Of a stretch of DNA of 64,000 nucleotides, positions 19,401 through 27,549 are shown one piece after another (position 1 is the stretch's first letter; each line of letters opens with the position of its first letter). The stretch is taken from contig CAXXGO010000003.1 of the NCBI GenBank assembly GCA_963666835.2, positions 256,001 to 320,000 on the forward strand, in the 5' to 3' direction. The notes under the pieces are model-generated. The model was not told where the DNA came from. It saw only the letters and a list, made by a program, of their open reading frames with translations, and made no database searches. This DNA comes from Phycisphaerae bacterium. Its GTDB lineage: Bacteria > Planctomycetota > Phycisphaerae > UBA1845. The translations under genes and the position numbers were made by a program.

Positions 19401-20530
19401 AGGCACTCCTCCGACGCGTATTCGATTATGTCGCTCGGGCACACTACGTTTGGCAGTTCCCGGTCAACAACCGTCACGCCGAACGTACACGTGTTGGAGT
19501 TGTCGCAATCATCAACCGCGGTGCAGATAATCGGGGTGTAGCCGATGTCGAAGGTCGATCCGCTGGGCGGGTCACACGTAACTGAGACGTCGGCCGAGCA
19601 GTTGTCCGTTGCCGTGGGGTCTTCCCACGTTGCCACGGCCGTGCATGAATCCGCAACGGTGTCGAGTGTGATCTCGTCCGGACACGGCGTATCAAACGTC
19701 GGTGCTGTAGAATCCACGACGGTGATTGTCTGCGAACATGTCGCTGAGTTTCCGCAAGCATCAACCGCCGTCCAGGTCCGGACGATGAAACTCTCGTTGG
19801 GGCAATCTCCGGCTGTCGTCTCTTCGTTGAATGCGACCACAGGTTCGGGATCGCAGGTGTCGGTTGCGGTTACGTCAGGCGCATCCGGAACGTCCTCATC
19901 GCACTCTATGGTGAGATCCTCCGGGCAGTTGACGAAAGCGGGCGGATTGTTGTCGATGGAGACACCGGCAACGTCGTCATCGTCGAATGCGACGGTCAAG
20001 ACCTGTCCGCCTGGTCCTGACAACTGCGTGGGAGGAGCGTGTGCCAGGTCGAATTGCATCCATGCCGCGCAATCCTCGACGCCGCCGGCCGTCATCGTAA
20101 TCGTAGCAACGGTCACCACGCCCTGGACCGGTTCGTACAGGCCCACGGCGTATTGAATCGTCCCGCCAACGTTGTCGCTGTTTTCGATAATCTCGATCCA
20201 GTCTTCACCGGGCTCGATCGCGGTAACCTGCCAGGCTGCAGCGTCGAAGTCCATGAAGAACTGAGCTCCGACAAGATCGGTGCTCACCTCCGCCGTGATA
20301 GTGAGTATGGCGGTCTCTCCGGGCGCGTAGCACTGCGAATCTGCGGTCAAAGTGACCGTATCCTCAACCACGGCGATTCGACCTTGCGGAACCGGTGAGA
20401 CGGTCGCGCTTCCGGCGGAGATCGTTCCGGCAGCCGGCTGCGGGGGGCTGCCATCGGTATAGCCGCCGTGGACTGCGGCAATGCCGGCGATTCCGATTGC
20501 GAATACGATTAGCAAACAACTGAGTTTCAT
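16412..20530 (-). CDS. Large secreted protein (~1372 aa): cohesin-like domain, multiple HYR-like repeats, unknown beta domain, C-terminal dockerin-like motifs
   Basis: AGGAGGAG RBS before ATG 20530, signal peptide; repeated DxTxPxIxCP...ATDNC...YPVGTTTLTWTAxDxxGN; GNLNDDCYIDIVDF, ADINGDGAVDILDF, ADLNGDNMVDDKDI. Confidence 0.85.
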   Translation of the reverse strand: MKLSCLLIVFAIGIAGIAAVHGGYTDGSPPQPAAGTISAGSATVSPVPQGRIAVVEDTVTLTADSQCYAPGETAILTITAEVSTDLVGAQFFMDFDAAAWQVTAIEPGEDWIEIIENSDNVGGTIQYAVGLYEPVQGVVTVATITMTAGGVEDCAAWMQFDLAHAPPTQLSGPGGQVLTVAFDDDDVAGVSIDNNPPAFVNCPEDLTIECDEDVPDAPDVTATDTCDPEPVVAFNEETTAGDCPNESFIVRTWTAVDACGNSATCSQTITVVDSTAPTFDTPCPDEITLDTVADSCTAVATWEDPTATDNCSADVSVTCDPPSGSTFDIGYTPIICTAVDDCDNSNTCTFGVTVVDRELPNVVCPSDIIEYASEECLLTIDPGLATCTDNCGACTVSCRRDDHENCFLDAYPVGTTTLTWIARDSSGNPSSSCRQTVTVIDDQSPTLTGCPVFSYEAVAKPDQCSEPVAISAFLQCDDNCPCGIGCARDDGLDCFDDPYPVGVTTIVWFASDAVCDGGSQGGQPCETDADCPDDGVCRGTGNTTECAPITVTVHDNTAPSIDCPPNPPPTPTAEGTCAALVDPGSATCDDNCPDCETTCARSDGLACYDPENPDPYPVGTTTLTWTATDASGNTEVCTQIVEVFDDASPEISCPADATVECGNGIDPVQTGEPTVTDNCDDTLDVAFADVVESTGCGDTAVINRTWTATDAAGNPAECIQVITIVDTTPPDVVDLVVSNETVDEECSATVSFSAMVTDDCCLDADDVTVEVILVGGNAQIEPTTIQKIQSGDGLVEVTGSMVVYNLDDCAATVAVTILATDCCGNEGGSQNNVMDGRWSESHVGGGAGQPGNVVHAASWDGTALATAWELLGPTLDDSGAVLIDDTIDGDGNGQRVYFTNYVGGTLTADSALWGETGSVTAELTRYEHVTHHVYAGGSVDWGASWTDAEAVAPISDGPVLHLTARADFVGVGAGPDPDYPSFGGGAAAGQWGDVRNAVLRTTPWASGAVTDGMPPEITCPDGIAVLADAGSDPPCAVIDPGMPTYADNCCDSCAPTCVSDDGDGCGERCYPVGSTVLTWTLVDDCGNTASCTQHIAVSELRILVDLELAGVIHTPVTRCMTFELFDCAAPGDSVVVEMDVAFPGVCSGGGSDGNPCLSDADCPDGVCGQAPTAAASVEVSATTADYNCITVRDRQHTLRATADILSEGGVHSATFAALPGGNLNDDCYIDIVDFSILVGQWGNEVVADTFCPTANPLDYDADINGDGAVDILDFSFISVNFLHWSEPNCCGADPVCDPEQPLRGGAPDGPRRAISVKELRRLGLGGAGKADLNGDNMVDDKDIAALLTGAPPAEDGPAPARKRARVTRTRAD

Positions 20531-20576
20531 GTCCTGACTCCTCCTGGAAAACTTGGCTACCTGATGGAACGTCAAT

Positions 20577-20592
20577 CCACGGTGTTCGCACC
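20577..20592 (-). promoter_or_regulatory. Conserved leader motif GGTGCGAACRCCGTGG, copy 1
   Basis: 15/16 identical to 59676-59691; both lie shortly upstream of the RBS of a giant exoprotein gene. Confidence 0.55.
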
Positions 20593-21197
20593 GGGAAATG
20601 GTCGGTAGTTCGGTGAAAAAGGGGGTGGCGCCGAGTCGATGCCCATCCGCGCCACTACGGGCTGTTTCTATGCCCGCCCGCACCCTTTCAGACTGAACTG
20701 CCGGCCGATCAGTGTTCTCGCACGACGCCGTCCGGCACCGTGCTTTGTCGAGTGGACGGTAGAGATGGGCCGCGAGATTTCGGTGGCAGCTTGTAGGCAC
20801 CATCCAACCATACTGGTTGGTCTAGCTTGATGCCTGCCATCCTCGTGGCGTAGAATATGCACACGGCAGGCCGTGCTTCGTGTACGCGCCTGTCCGCGAA
20901 CCGGAGGCGGGCTGGAGAAACCTTGCCCGGGAAACCCAGCCCGTCTCCTCTCTATGTTCCCGTCTTCCCGTTGGACGATCCGATAATTTCTCCTTCCCGC
21001 GTGCCTCGCTATGCAGCGGCGCTAACCGCCGGTGCTGAAAGACAGGGCGTCGCTCTCGCGAGACCCGCAAACCGATGCGCGATCCGCCGGGTACGACCTG
21101 GGCACGCCCCACATGTGAAACCCGAGACTCTCGAGCACACTCGCAAAACATCCAAACGAAAGCAGACCACATCCAACCCATTGAGTTGAAAACCGAT

Positions 21198-21226
21198 AAA
21201 ATACGCTAAACTTGCGAGGGTGTCAA
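21198..21226 (-). promoter_or_regulatory. Sigma70-type promoter facing the HYR-domain gene
   Basis: TTGACA-N17-TATTTT on the minus strand, about 670 nt upstream of ATG 20530. Confidence 0.55.
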
Positions 21227-21555
21227 GTGGAATCGCAAACGTGAGTGTCGGCTGGAGTTATGGCGGGGGAATCGGCACTCTGTGTCCAAGTCGGACACTT
21301 GTCCTACTCGTTCATCCCATCCGGTCTCCCCGGTTCGGCTGGCCAACAGCCGCATTCCCGTCCCATAAGCGTGTTTTCCCGGGGGTTGCCCAGGACGATG
21401 TTGCCGATGCGTCGGTCGCGTCCTGAGGGGACCCGATCGGTGGCGAGCGGGTATTTTCCGTGGTCATCGATGCCGGGTGGGGACGATATCACCTCTAACT
21501 AGGCTTGTGATCCCGTCCTGGTCGTTGTTTAGACCATCATTGCCAGGGAGGTCGA

Positions 21556-22062
21556 ATGATGCAAAGGGAATCGCGGGGAGGTCTGGTCGGCAAGGCCAGA
21601 AAAACACATCGGCGCTCGCGCGCCGCCCGAGCGCATGCTCAACAGCTTATCGAGGATTATCTTGCTCCGAAGGCCGACCCGGAGGATGCGTACCTCAATC
21701 GGAAAATCCCGATAGGGCATAGCTATGAGTTCGCCCCATCGGTGATTCCGGAGAACGAGGAAATCGACAGCCGCTGCATCGGCGATGTTGCTGCCGAGGT
21801 ATGCACTGTCGGTGTCACGGCCGACATGCTTGAATCCCCGGGCGTGTGCCTCGTGAAGCCGGGTAATGGCCCCGTTGTCCGACCGAAGGCGGATAAGGCG
21901 CTGGTTCGCGGGGTGCTTGACGTGGGCGGTCCGCCCGCCCGGCGCCTGAGGAAGGAGCGGACGATCGCCGGATTCACATTCCGGGGGTTCTTGTGCGGTT
22001 GTGCGGTGGGGGCTGCCGTTGCCGCATTGGCTCTGCTGATCTTTCAGTTGACCCTCGGTTAG
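21556..22062 (+). CDS. Hypothetical protein with C-terminal TM anchor
   Basis: GGGAGG RBS; C-terminal hydrophobic GFLCGCAVGAAVAALALLIF; no recognised motif. Confidence 0.6.
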   Translation: MMQRESRGGLVGKARKTHRRSRAARAHAQQLIEDYLAPKADPEDAYLNRKIPIGHSYEFAPSVIPENEEIDSRCIGDVAAEVCTVGVTADMLESPGVCLVKPGNGPVVRPKADKALVRGVLDVGGPPARRLRKERTIAGFTFRGFLCGCAVGAAVAALALLIFQLTLG

Positions 22063-22069
22063 GGTCTTG

Positions 22070-23164
22070 TCAAAGCTGTTTGAGCCGCTGTTCCTTGTCG
22101 TGGGTCTGTAGCGCTTCGATGAGGCCGTCGAGGTCTCCCTGGATGATCTTGTCCAGGCTGTACAGATCGACGTTGACGCGATGATCCGTCACGCGGTTCT
22201 GCGGGAAGTTATACGTTCGGATCCGCTGCGACCGGTCTCCACTGCCGATCATGGTCTTGCGGGCGCTGTCCCTTTCGGCAACGCTGGCGTGCTGGAAATG
22301 GTCATAGAGCCTGGTGAGCATGATCCGGCGGGCCTTGGCCCGGTTCTTGTGCTGGCTCTTCTCGTCGCGCATCGACACGGTGATCCCGGTTTCTTTGTGG
22401 GAGAGCCGGATCGCTGATGACACTTTGTTGACATTCTGCCCGCCGGGTCCGCCGGCGCGGGATACGAATTCCTCGACATCCGTATCCCAGTTGATTTCTA
22501 TGTTGATTTCCTCCGGCTCGGGCAGCACGGCCACCGTGGCGGCGGAGGTGTGGATTCGGCCCTGAGCCTCGGTTTCCGGGACCCGCTGGACGCGGTGTCC
22601 ACCGCCTTCGTAACCCAGCCAGCGGTAGACTTCCGGCCCCTTCACGTTGATGACGACTTCCTTGAACCCCCCGAGGTCGGAACCGTTTTGATCGAGAACC
22701 TCAACGGTGAACCGCTTCTTCTCGCAGAAGTGCATGTACATCCGGTAGAGGTCCCGGGCGAAGAGGGCGGCCTCATCACCGCCGGTCCCCGCGCGAATCT
22801 CGAGAATGACCGAGCTGATGGCGGCATCGTCGTCGGTGACGATTGCCTCCTTGAGCGATTCGAGCAGCCCGTCCCGACGGTCTCTAAGTGGGGCGACCTC
22901 GGCATCGGCGAGTTCCCGGAGTTCCGGATCCTGGGTCCTGTCCGCGGAAATCTCCTGCGCCTCGTTCAACTCCGTTTCGACCTTGCGGAATTCCCGAAAG
23001 GGGTCGACCAAACGACGCAAACGGCCGAGTTCCTTCGTGATCTCGATGGACTTGGTTGGGTTAGAAGCCACGCCCGGATCGGCCAGCTCCTCGTTGAGCG
23101 CGGCGGACCGATCGGCCAGCTCCTGCAGCTTGGCTATGAGCCGCTTGTCGACTTCGCTGGTCAT
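22070..23164 (-). CDS. prfA: Peptide chain release factor 1
   Basis: EIRAGTGGDEAALF, HRVQRVPETE (PxT, RF1 type), GGPGGQNVNK, IRTYNFPQNRVTDHR; downstream of rpmE. Confidence 0.96.
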   Translation of the reverse strand: MTSEVDKRLIAKLQELADRSAALNEELADPGVASNPTKSIEITKELGRLRRLVDPFREFRKVETELNEAQEISADRTQDPELRELADAEVAPLRDRRDGLLESLKEAIVTDDDAAISSVILEIRAGTGGDEAALFARDLYRMYMHFCEKKRFTVEVLDQNGSDLGGFKEVVINVKGPEVYRWLGYEGGGHRVQRVPETEAQGRIHTSAATVAVLPEPEEINIEINWDTDVEEFVSRAGGPGGQNVNKVSSAIRLSHKETGITVSMRDEKSQHKNRAKARRIMLTRLYDHFQHASVAERDSARKTMIGSGDRSQRIRTYNFPQNRVTDHRVNVDLYSLDKIIQGDLDGLIEALQTHDKEQRLKQL

Positions 23165-23180
23165 GAGATTGTCCCATCGC

Positions 23181-23225
23181 AAAAAAACCACGCGCGGCGT
23201 CGCCCGGCGACAATCGCGCGTGGTT
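23181..23225 (-). terminator. Intrinsic terminator between rpmE and prfA
   Basis: Minus strand AACCACGCGCGATTGTCGCCGGGCGACGCCGCGCGTGG followed by T7. Confidence 0.75.
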
Positions 23226-23248
23226 CTCGTTTCTTACCAGCTTGGCAG

Positions 23249-23497
23249 CTAACCGCGCCGCCGCTTGACGGGTTTCTTCTTGGCCTGGCCGGAGAAATAG
23301 TCCTGGCCGAATTTCTTGGTGAACCGATCGACGCGCCCGAGCGAGTCGACCATCTTCTGCGTTCCGGTGAAAAACGGGTGGCAAGACGAGCAGATCTCGA
23401 TCTTGATCTCAGGCACCGTGCTGCGGGTTTCCCAAGAAGCGCCGCAACCACACCGGACTTTGCAATCCATATATTCGGGGTGAATACCTTCCTTCAT
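23249..23497 (-). CDS. rpmE: 50S ribosomal protein L31 (zinc-binding type A)
   Basis: [12 protein letters not shown] and [16 protein letters not shown]. Confidence 0.96.
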   Translation of the reverse strand: MKEGIHPEYMDCKVRCGCGASWETRSTVPEIKIEICSSCHPFFTGTQKMVDSLGRVDRFTKKFGQDYFSGQAKKKPVKRRRG

Positions 23498-23545
23498 CGT
23501 AACCCTACCTCAAACCTACTTCCGGGAGAATCTACCGAGCCGGGC

Positions 23546-23574
23546 ATTCTAGCGGCCCCCGGGACCGGGATCAA
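23546..23574 (-). promoter_or_regulatory. Sigma70-type promoter of rpmE
   Basis: TTGATC-N17-TAGAAT on the minus strand. Confidence 0.6.
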
Positions 23575-23616
23575 CCCCATCCGCGGACCTATAACAAGAG
23601 TGCCCGGGCGTATTCC

Positions 23617-25527
23617 TCAAGCCGCGCCGCTGGCCGGGCGGCTCCGCCACCAGCAAAGCGAGAGCAGGGCGAACAGCAGATCAGCATGCTCCCCGCGACG
23701 CTCAACGTGCTCACAATAAACCTCGCTAATACCATCGTACGACATAATCCCGCATGATGCCACCGTATCGCGCGTTACCGTATCTTGGAACAACTCCCGC
23801 AGAGGCCCTCGGAAGAACTCCCCGATCGGGACTTCGAATCCCTGTTTCGCACGGTCCAGCACCGGGTCCGGTAGCACCCCGCGGTAGGCGTCCACGAGCA
23901 CCTTCTTGCGAATTCCACGGTCGATTTTGAAAACCGTGGGCAACGACAGACCAAGCTCGACCACGTTTGGGTCCAGGAACGGGACCCTGACCTCCAGCGA
24001 GTTCATCATGCTGGCGAGGTCGACCTTCTGGAGCATGTCCGCCGGAAGCTGGTATTGAAGATCAAACGCCAAAATGCCGGCCAGCGGGTCCTCGTCGGCA
24101 AACCCGGCAATAAGCCCCTGGGCGTTTTCGAGCGCGCGGCGGTCCCCGGCTTGCGGGGTGCTCGGATCCCGAAAGACACTCTCGGCCTCCGGAGAGAGGA
24201 TACGCGACCATGCAAGGTGCCTGGGTAACTCCGACGCAGCCCCGGCCCGTAGCAACTTCCGAAGCTGTCGAACGCGGTCGGCTGTCCGAGAGGACTTCGA
24301 TGAGCTCATCATGTTCATCGCCGGCTCGATCAAGAACCGGCGAAGGAACTGCGGGATCCTCTCGTAGGCTTGAAGAGAACGGTGGCCGAGGTACCGCCAG
24401 TATCCGCCGAACAACTCATCACCCCCGTCACCGCTCAGCGCCACGGTTACAGACTGGCGAGCGAACCGGGAGACGAGGGCGGTAGGGATGATCGACGCGT
24501 CCCCGACGGGCTCGCCCAAATGATCGAGGATCCCGGGGATCGACTCCAGGACGTCGCCCTCGGTTAAGATGAGCTCTTCGTGGTCGGTCCCGAATCGATC
24601 GGCCACCAGCCGGGCGTATGCGGTCTCATCGTAGTTCTGCTGATCGGCGTACCCGACCGAAAACGTCTTGATCGGTCGTCCGACAGCCTCGGCCAGGTGG
24701 GCGACGATGATCGAGGAGTCGAGTCCGCCGGAAAGGAAAGCGCCGACGGGAACATCGGACACGCGCCGGGCAACTACGGCGTCCGCCAAGGTCCGGCGGA
24801 GGGCTTGCACCGCTTCCGGGTATGCTCGATTGCGGTCGATCTGAGCCGCGGCAATCGGATTGAAGTACCGGGAAGGCTGTCGGGAAGCGGAGCTGTTGAA
24901 TTCGAGATAATGCCCGGGTGCTAAGCGCCGGGCCGCACGAAAAATCGTCGCGGGTTGAGCAATGTACCCGAACTGCAGATGCTGCGTCACGGCGTCCGGG
25001 TCGAGCTGCGAATCCGTCATGCCGAGAGCGATCAACGGGCGTAGCTCGCTGGCGAATCGTAGCTTTTCACCGTTGATGCTGTAGAACAACGGCTTGATAC
25101 CGAAGCGATCTCTACAAAGGAACCCCCGCTGTTCCTGGGAGTCGTAAAACGCCAGGGACCACATACCATTAAAGCGGGTGAAAGCCTCAGTTCCCCAGCG
25201 AATACAGGACGCCAGAACCACTTCCGTATCGCTGTCGGTGGCGAACTGCTCGCCGTGGGCGGCGAGCTGCCGGCGCAGGCTGCGATAGTTGTATACCTCG
25301 CCGTTGAAGACGAGATGGTATCTCCCATCCGCCCGGTGCATCGGCTGATTGCCGGCGGGCGTGGGATCCAACACCGCTAGGCGGACGGCCCCCAATCCTG
25401 CGAAGCTGTCAATCCAGGTGCCGGCTTGGTCCGGGCCTCGGTGGCGCATCACTGCGCACGCCTTGTCCAACGCCGGGGCATCGACGGGGCATCCGTCGAA
25501 CGAGACGATACCGCAGATTCCGCACAT
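23617..25527 (-). CDS. asnB: Asparagine synthase (glutamine-hydrolysing) family amidotransferase
   Basis: MCGICG Ntn Cys, HRGPD, FNGEVYN, RDRFGIKPL, FLSGGLDSS, SGDGGDELFGGY, SLEVRVPFLD, KQGF. The substrate may be a glycan rather than Asp. Confidence 0.9.
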   Translation of the reverse strand: MCGICGIVSFDGCPVDAPALDKACAVMRHRGPDQAGTWIDSFAGLGAVRLAVLDPTPAGNQPMHRADGRYHLVFNGEVYNYRSLRRQLAAHGEQFATDSDTEVVLASCIRWGTEAFTRFNGMWSLAFYDSQEQRGFLCRDRFGIKPLFYSINGEKLRFASELRPLIALGMTDSQLDPDAVTQHLQFGYIAQPATIFRAARRLAPGHYLEFNSSASRQPSRYFNPIAAAQIDRNRAYPEAVQALRRTLADAVVARRVSDVPVGAFLSGGLDSSIIVAHLAEAVGRPIKTFSVGYADQQNYDETAYARLVADRFGTDHEELILTEGDVLESIPGILDHLGEPVGDASIIPTALVSRFARQSVTVALSGDGGDELFGGYWRYLGHRSLQAYERIPQFLRRFLIEPAMNMMSSSKSSRTADRVRQLRKLLRAGAASELPRHLAWSRILSPEAESVFRDPSTPQAGDRRALENAQGLIAGFADEDPLAGILAFDLQYQLPADMLQKVDLASMMNSLEVRVPFLDPNVVELGLSLPTVFKIDRGIRKKVLVDAYRGVLPDPVLDRAKQGFEVPIGEFFRGPLRELFQDTVTRDTVASCGIMSYDGISEVYCEHVERRGEHADLLFALLSLCWWRSRPASGAA

Positions 25528-25536
25528 GGTTGGGGG

Positions 25537-26247
25537 TCAGGGTGACTGCCGGGCTTCGCTTACCAATGGGGGCAGAGCCCCGCGCTGGGCCAGTTCGTCC
25601 ACAACCCAGGTAATGCCCGGGTCGCAGCGATAGGCTTGTCGCAGGTGGTACACGGCCGCCGGTTCGTTGTCGTAGTCCAGAAGGAACTTCGCGAAGGCCG
25701 CATGGGCCTTGGCGTTGTTGGGCTCGACGGCAACCGCCTGGCGATAACGCAGGAGAGCGGCATCCTCATCCCCGCGTTCTTGCAGCTCTCGGGCGAGCAA
25801 CATGAACTGTCTGGCCGACGGCCCAACAAAACGCGCCGCCCACTCCGCGTGTTCGAGGGCTTCGTCGTACTGCCCTTTAAGTTTCAAGGCGATCTGTTTG
25901 CCCTCCAGAGACGCCTGATGCCCGGGGTGAGCGTCGATCGCCCGTGAATAATACGCGATGGCCGCGTCAAGTTCGCGCATGGCGGCCGCGTGGTTCATCT
26001 GCGCAAACTTTTCCTGAGCCAGGAGCACACTACAGGCGCCGAGGTCGTGCAGGTTCTCGACCCGGCGCGGTCTGATCTGTTCCGCTTCAAGGAAAAGCAC
26101 GCGCGCCGCACCGTAGGCGCCGTCCAATTGCGCCGCTTGCCCCTGAATCCGCAGGCTGCGATAATCGGGTCCGCAGCCGCCAAGAGGCAATATCGCAGAT
26201 GCGATCGTGAGGATTCCCAGGCTGGATTTCAAAATAAGGTCGTTCAT
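25537..26247 (-). CDS. TPR-repeat lipoprotein
   Basis: GGAGGAG RBS, lipobox LGGC, TPR-like helices (AIAYYSRAIDAHP, YRQAVAVEPNNAKAH). Confidence 0.8.
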   Translation of the reverse strand: MNDLILKSSLGILTIASAILPLGGCGPDYRSLRIQGQAAQLDGAYGAARVLFLEAEQIRPRRVENLHDLGACSVLLAQEKFAQMNHAAAMRELDAAIAYYSRAIDAHPGHQASLEGKQIALKLKGQYDEALEHAEWAARFVGPSARQFMLLARELQERGDEDAALLRYRQAVAVEPNNAKAHAAFAKFLLDYDNEPAAVYHLRQAYRCDPGITWVVDELAQRGALPPLVSEARQSP

Positions 26248-26327
26248 TGTCTTCTCCTCCAACACCCGCGCGCCACGGCGTCAGCCCGAGGCTACCGGTT
26301 TGAGGGGATATCGCTGACGAGTTACCG

Positions 26328-26678
26328 ATGACCACACGGTTCGTCATTCTACACCACCGAACGGGTGAGGGCGAGCACTGGGATTTAATGCTCGAGCGAG
26401 GCGAGGTTCTGCTGGTGTGGCGGCTCGGGCGAGAACCGGAATCCGGCGACGACCTTCCGATTCCGGCTCGGCGGATCTTTGACCACCGCAAGTTGTTTCT
26501 AGAATACGAGGGAACGCTCAGCAAGGGACGTGGGTCGGTTACCCGGGTGGACTCGGGGACTGTGGTTTTTGAAAATCTCACAGATGATTGCGGCACGATT
26601 ACTTTGGTCGGGGAACGGCTGTCCGGGCGTTTTCATATTAGCGGGGGGGACGAGACCGGCGAGCTGAACCGGGCTTGA
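26328..26678 (+). CDS. Stand-alone LigD phosphoesterase (PE) domain protein
   Basis: RFVILHH, HWDLMLE, DHRKLFLEYEG...GRGSVTRVDSG match the LigD N-terminal domain pattern. Confidence 0.75.
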   Translation: MTTRFVILHHRTGEGEHWDLMLERGEVLLVWRLGREPESGDDLPIPARRIFDHRKLFLEYEGTLSKGRGSVTRVDSGTVVFENLTDDCGTITLVGERLSGRFHISGGDETGELNRA

Positions 26679-26841
26679 TCTGCGAATGAGACCCGAAAGA
26701 CCGGTCTGCAAGTAATGAGAGGCGGCGGGGACGACCGAGTGATGCCGACAGTATGAGTTGAGGGAAAGTACGAAGGAACCAGATTGCGAGGATCGCCCGA
26801 AGGCATATTCCCGCGATCGAGAACACTAGGAGCATGATGCT

Positions 26842-27300
26842 ATGCCGATTCCATCGATTCAGGACGCGCAGATTTCTTTGGGCACTCTGCAGGACGAAAT
26901 GAGCCGGTTCGTTGAGCGGGTTTGGCATGGCGGCGTGTCGACCAAGCCGTTCGACGGGCAGAACTGGGCTCCGGCGGTGGATCTCTACGAGTATCCCGAT
27001 CATTATGTATTGTACGCAGAAATACCCGGGGTGGCGTTGAAGGACGTCGAAGTAACTCATGTAGGACCTGTGCTGACCCTGCGCGGATCGCGAGTTTGCC
27101 CGGTGGGGGAGGATGAGGGGACAGCCACGCTACGAAACGAGCGTCGTTTCGGCGGGTTCTGCCGGAAGATCGATTTGCCGGGCGATGTCGATACCGATCG
27201 GCTGTCCGCCAAGTGCCAGGACGGTGTCCTGGAAGTCAAAGTCCACAAGCAGGCTTCCAGCATGCCAAGGGCCGTCAAGATCGAGGTCCAGGAGGGATAG
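26842..27300 (+). CDS. Hsp20/alpha-crystallin small heat-shock protein
   Basis: WAPAVDLYE, AEIPGV, LTLRGSR, ERRFGGFCRKIDLP, AKCQDGVLEV. Confidence 0.92.
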   Translation: MPIPSIQDAQISLGTLQDEMSRFVERVWHGGVSTKPFDGQNWAPAVDLYEYPDHYVLYAEIPGVALKDVEVTHVGPVLTLRGSRVCPVGEDEGTATLRNERRFGGFCRKIDLPGDVDTDRLSAKCQDGVLEVKVHKQASSMPRAVKIEVQEG

Positions 27301-27549
27301 TCGGCCGGGAATCGCCGCGTAGGGGGACCATCCGTTCTCCTGCCGTGTACCGCCCCAGCGGGCATTCGACGGTACAAAGCCGAGCTTGACTATTGCCCGT
27401 GTGAACTTGTCAAAGTCCGTGGTGGCGTCGCGCGCGTAGTTGCCGCTGAAGCCGCCTCGCGATACCCTCGCTCTTTTCGTCGAGCCTATCGGCAGAGGGC
27501 GGGACTGCCGTCGGTGACGCAACCAAAGAGCCCGCCGCGGGAAAGTCTG

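Noticed and set aside
20880..20960. c-di-GMP or other known riboswitch in the long leader
   Set aside because: Stems are present but I could not find the conserved motifs of any family I know; kept only as an unclassified structured leader.
22550..23719. 389-aa plus-strand ORF
   Set aside because: Antisense to prfA and rpmE, which are unambiguous.
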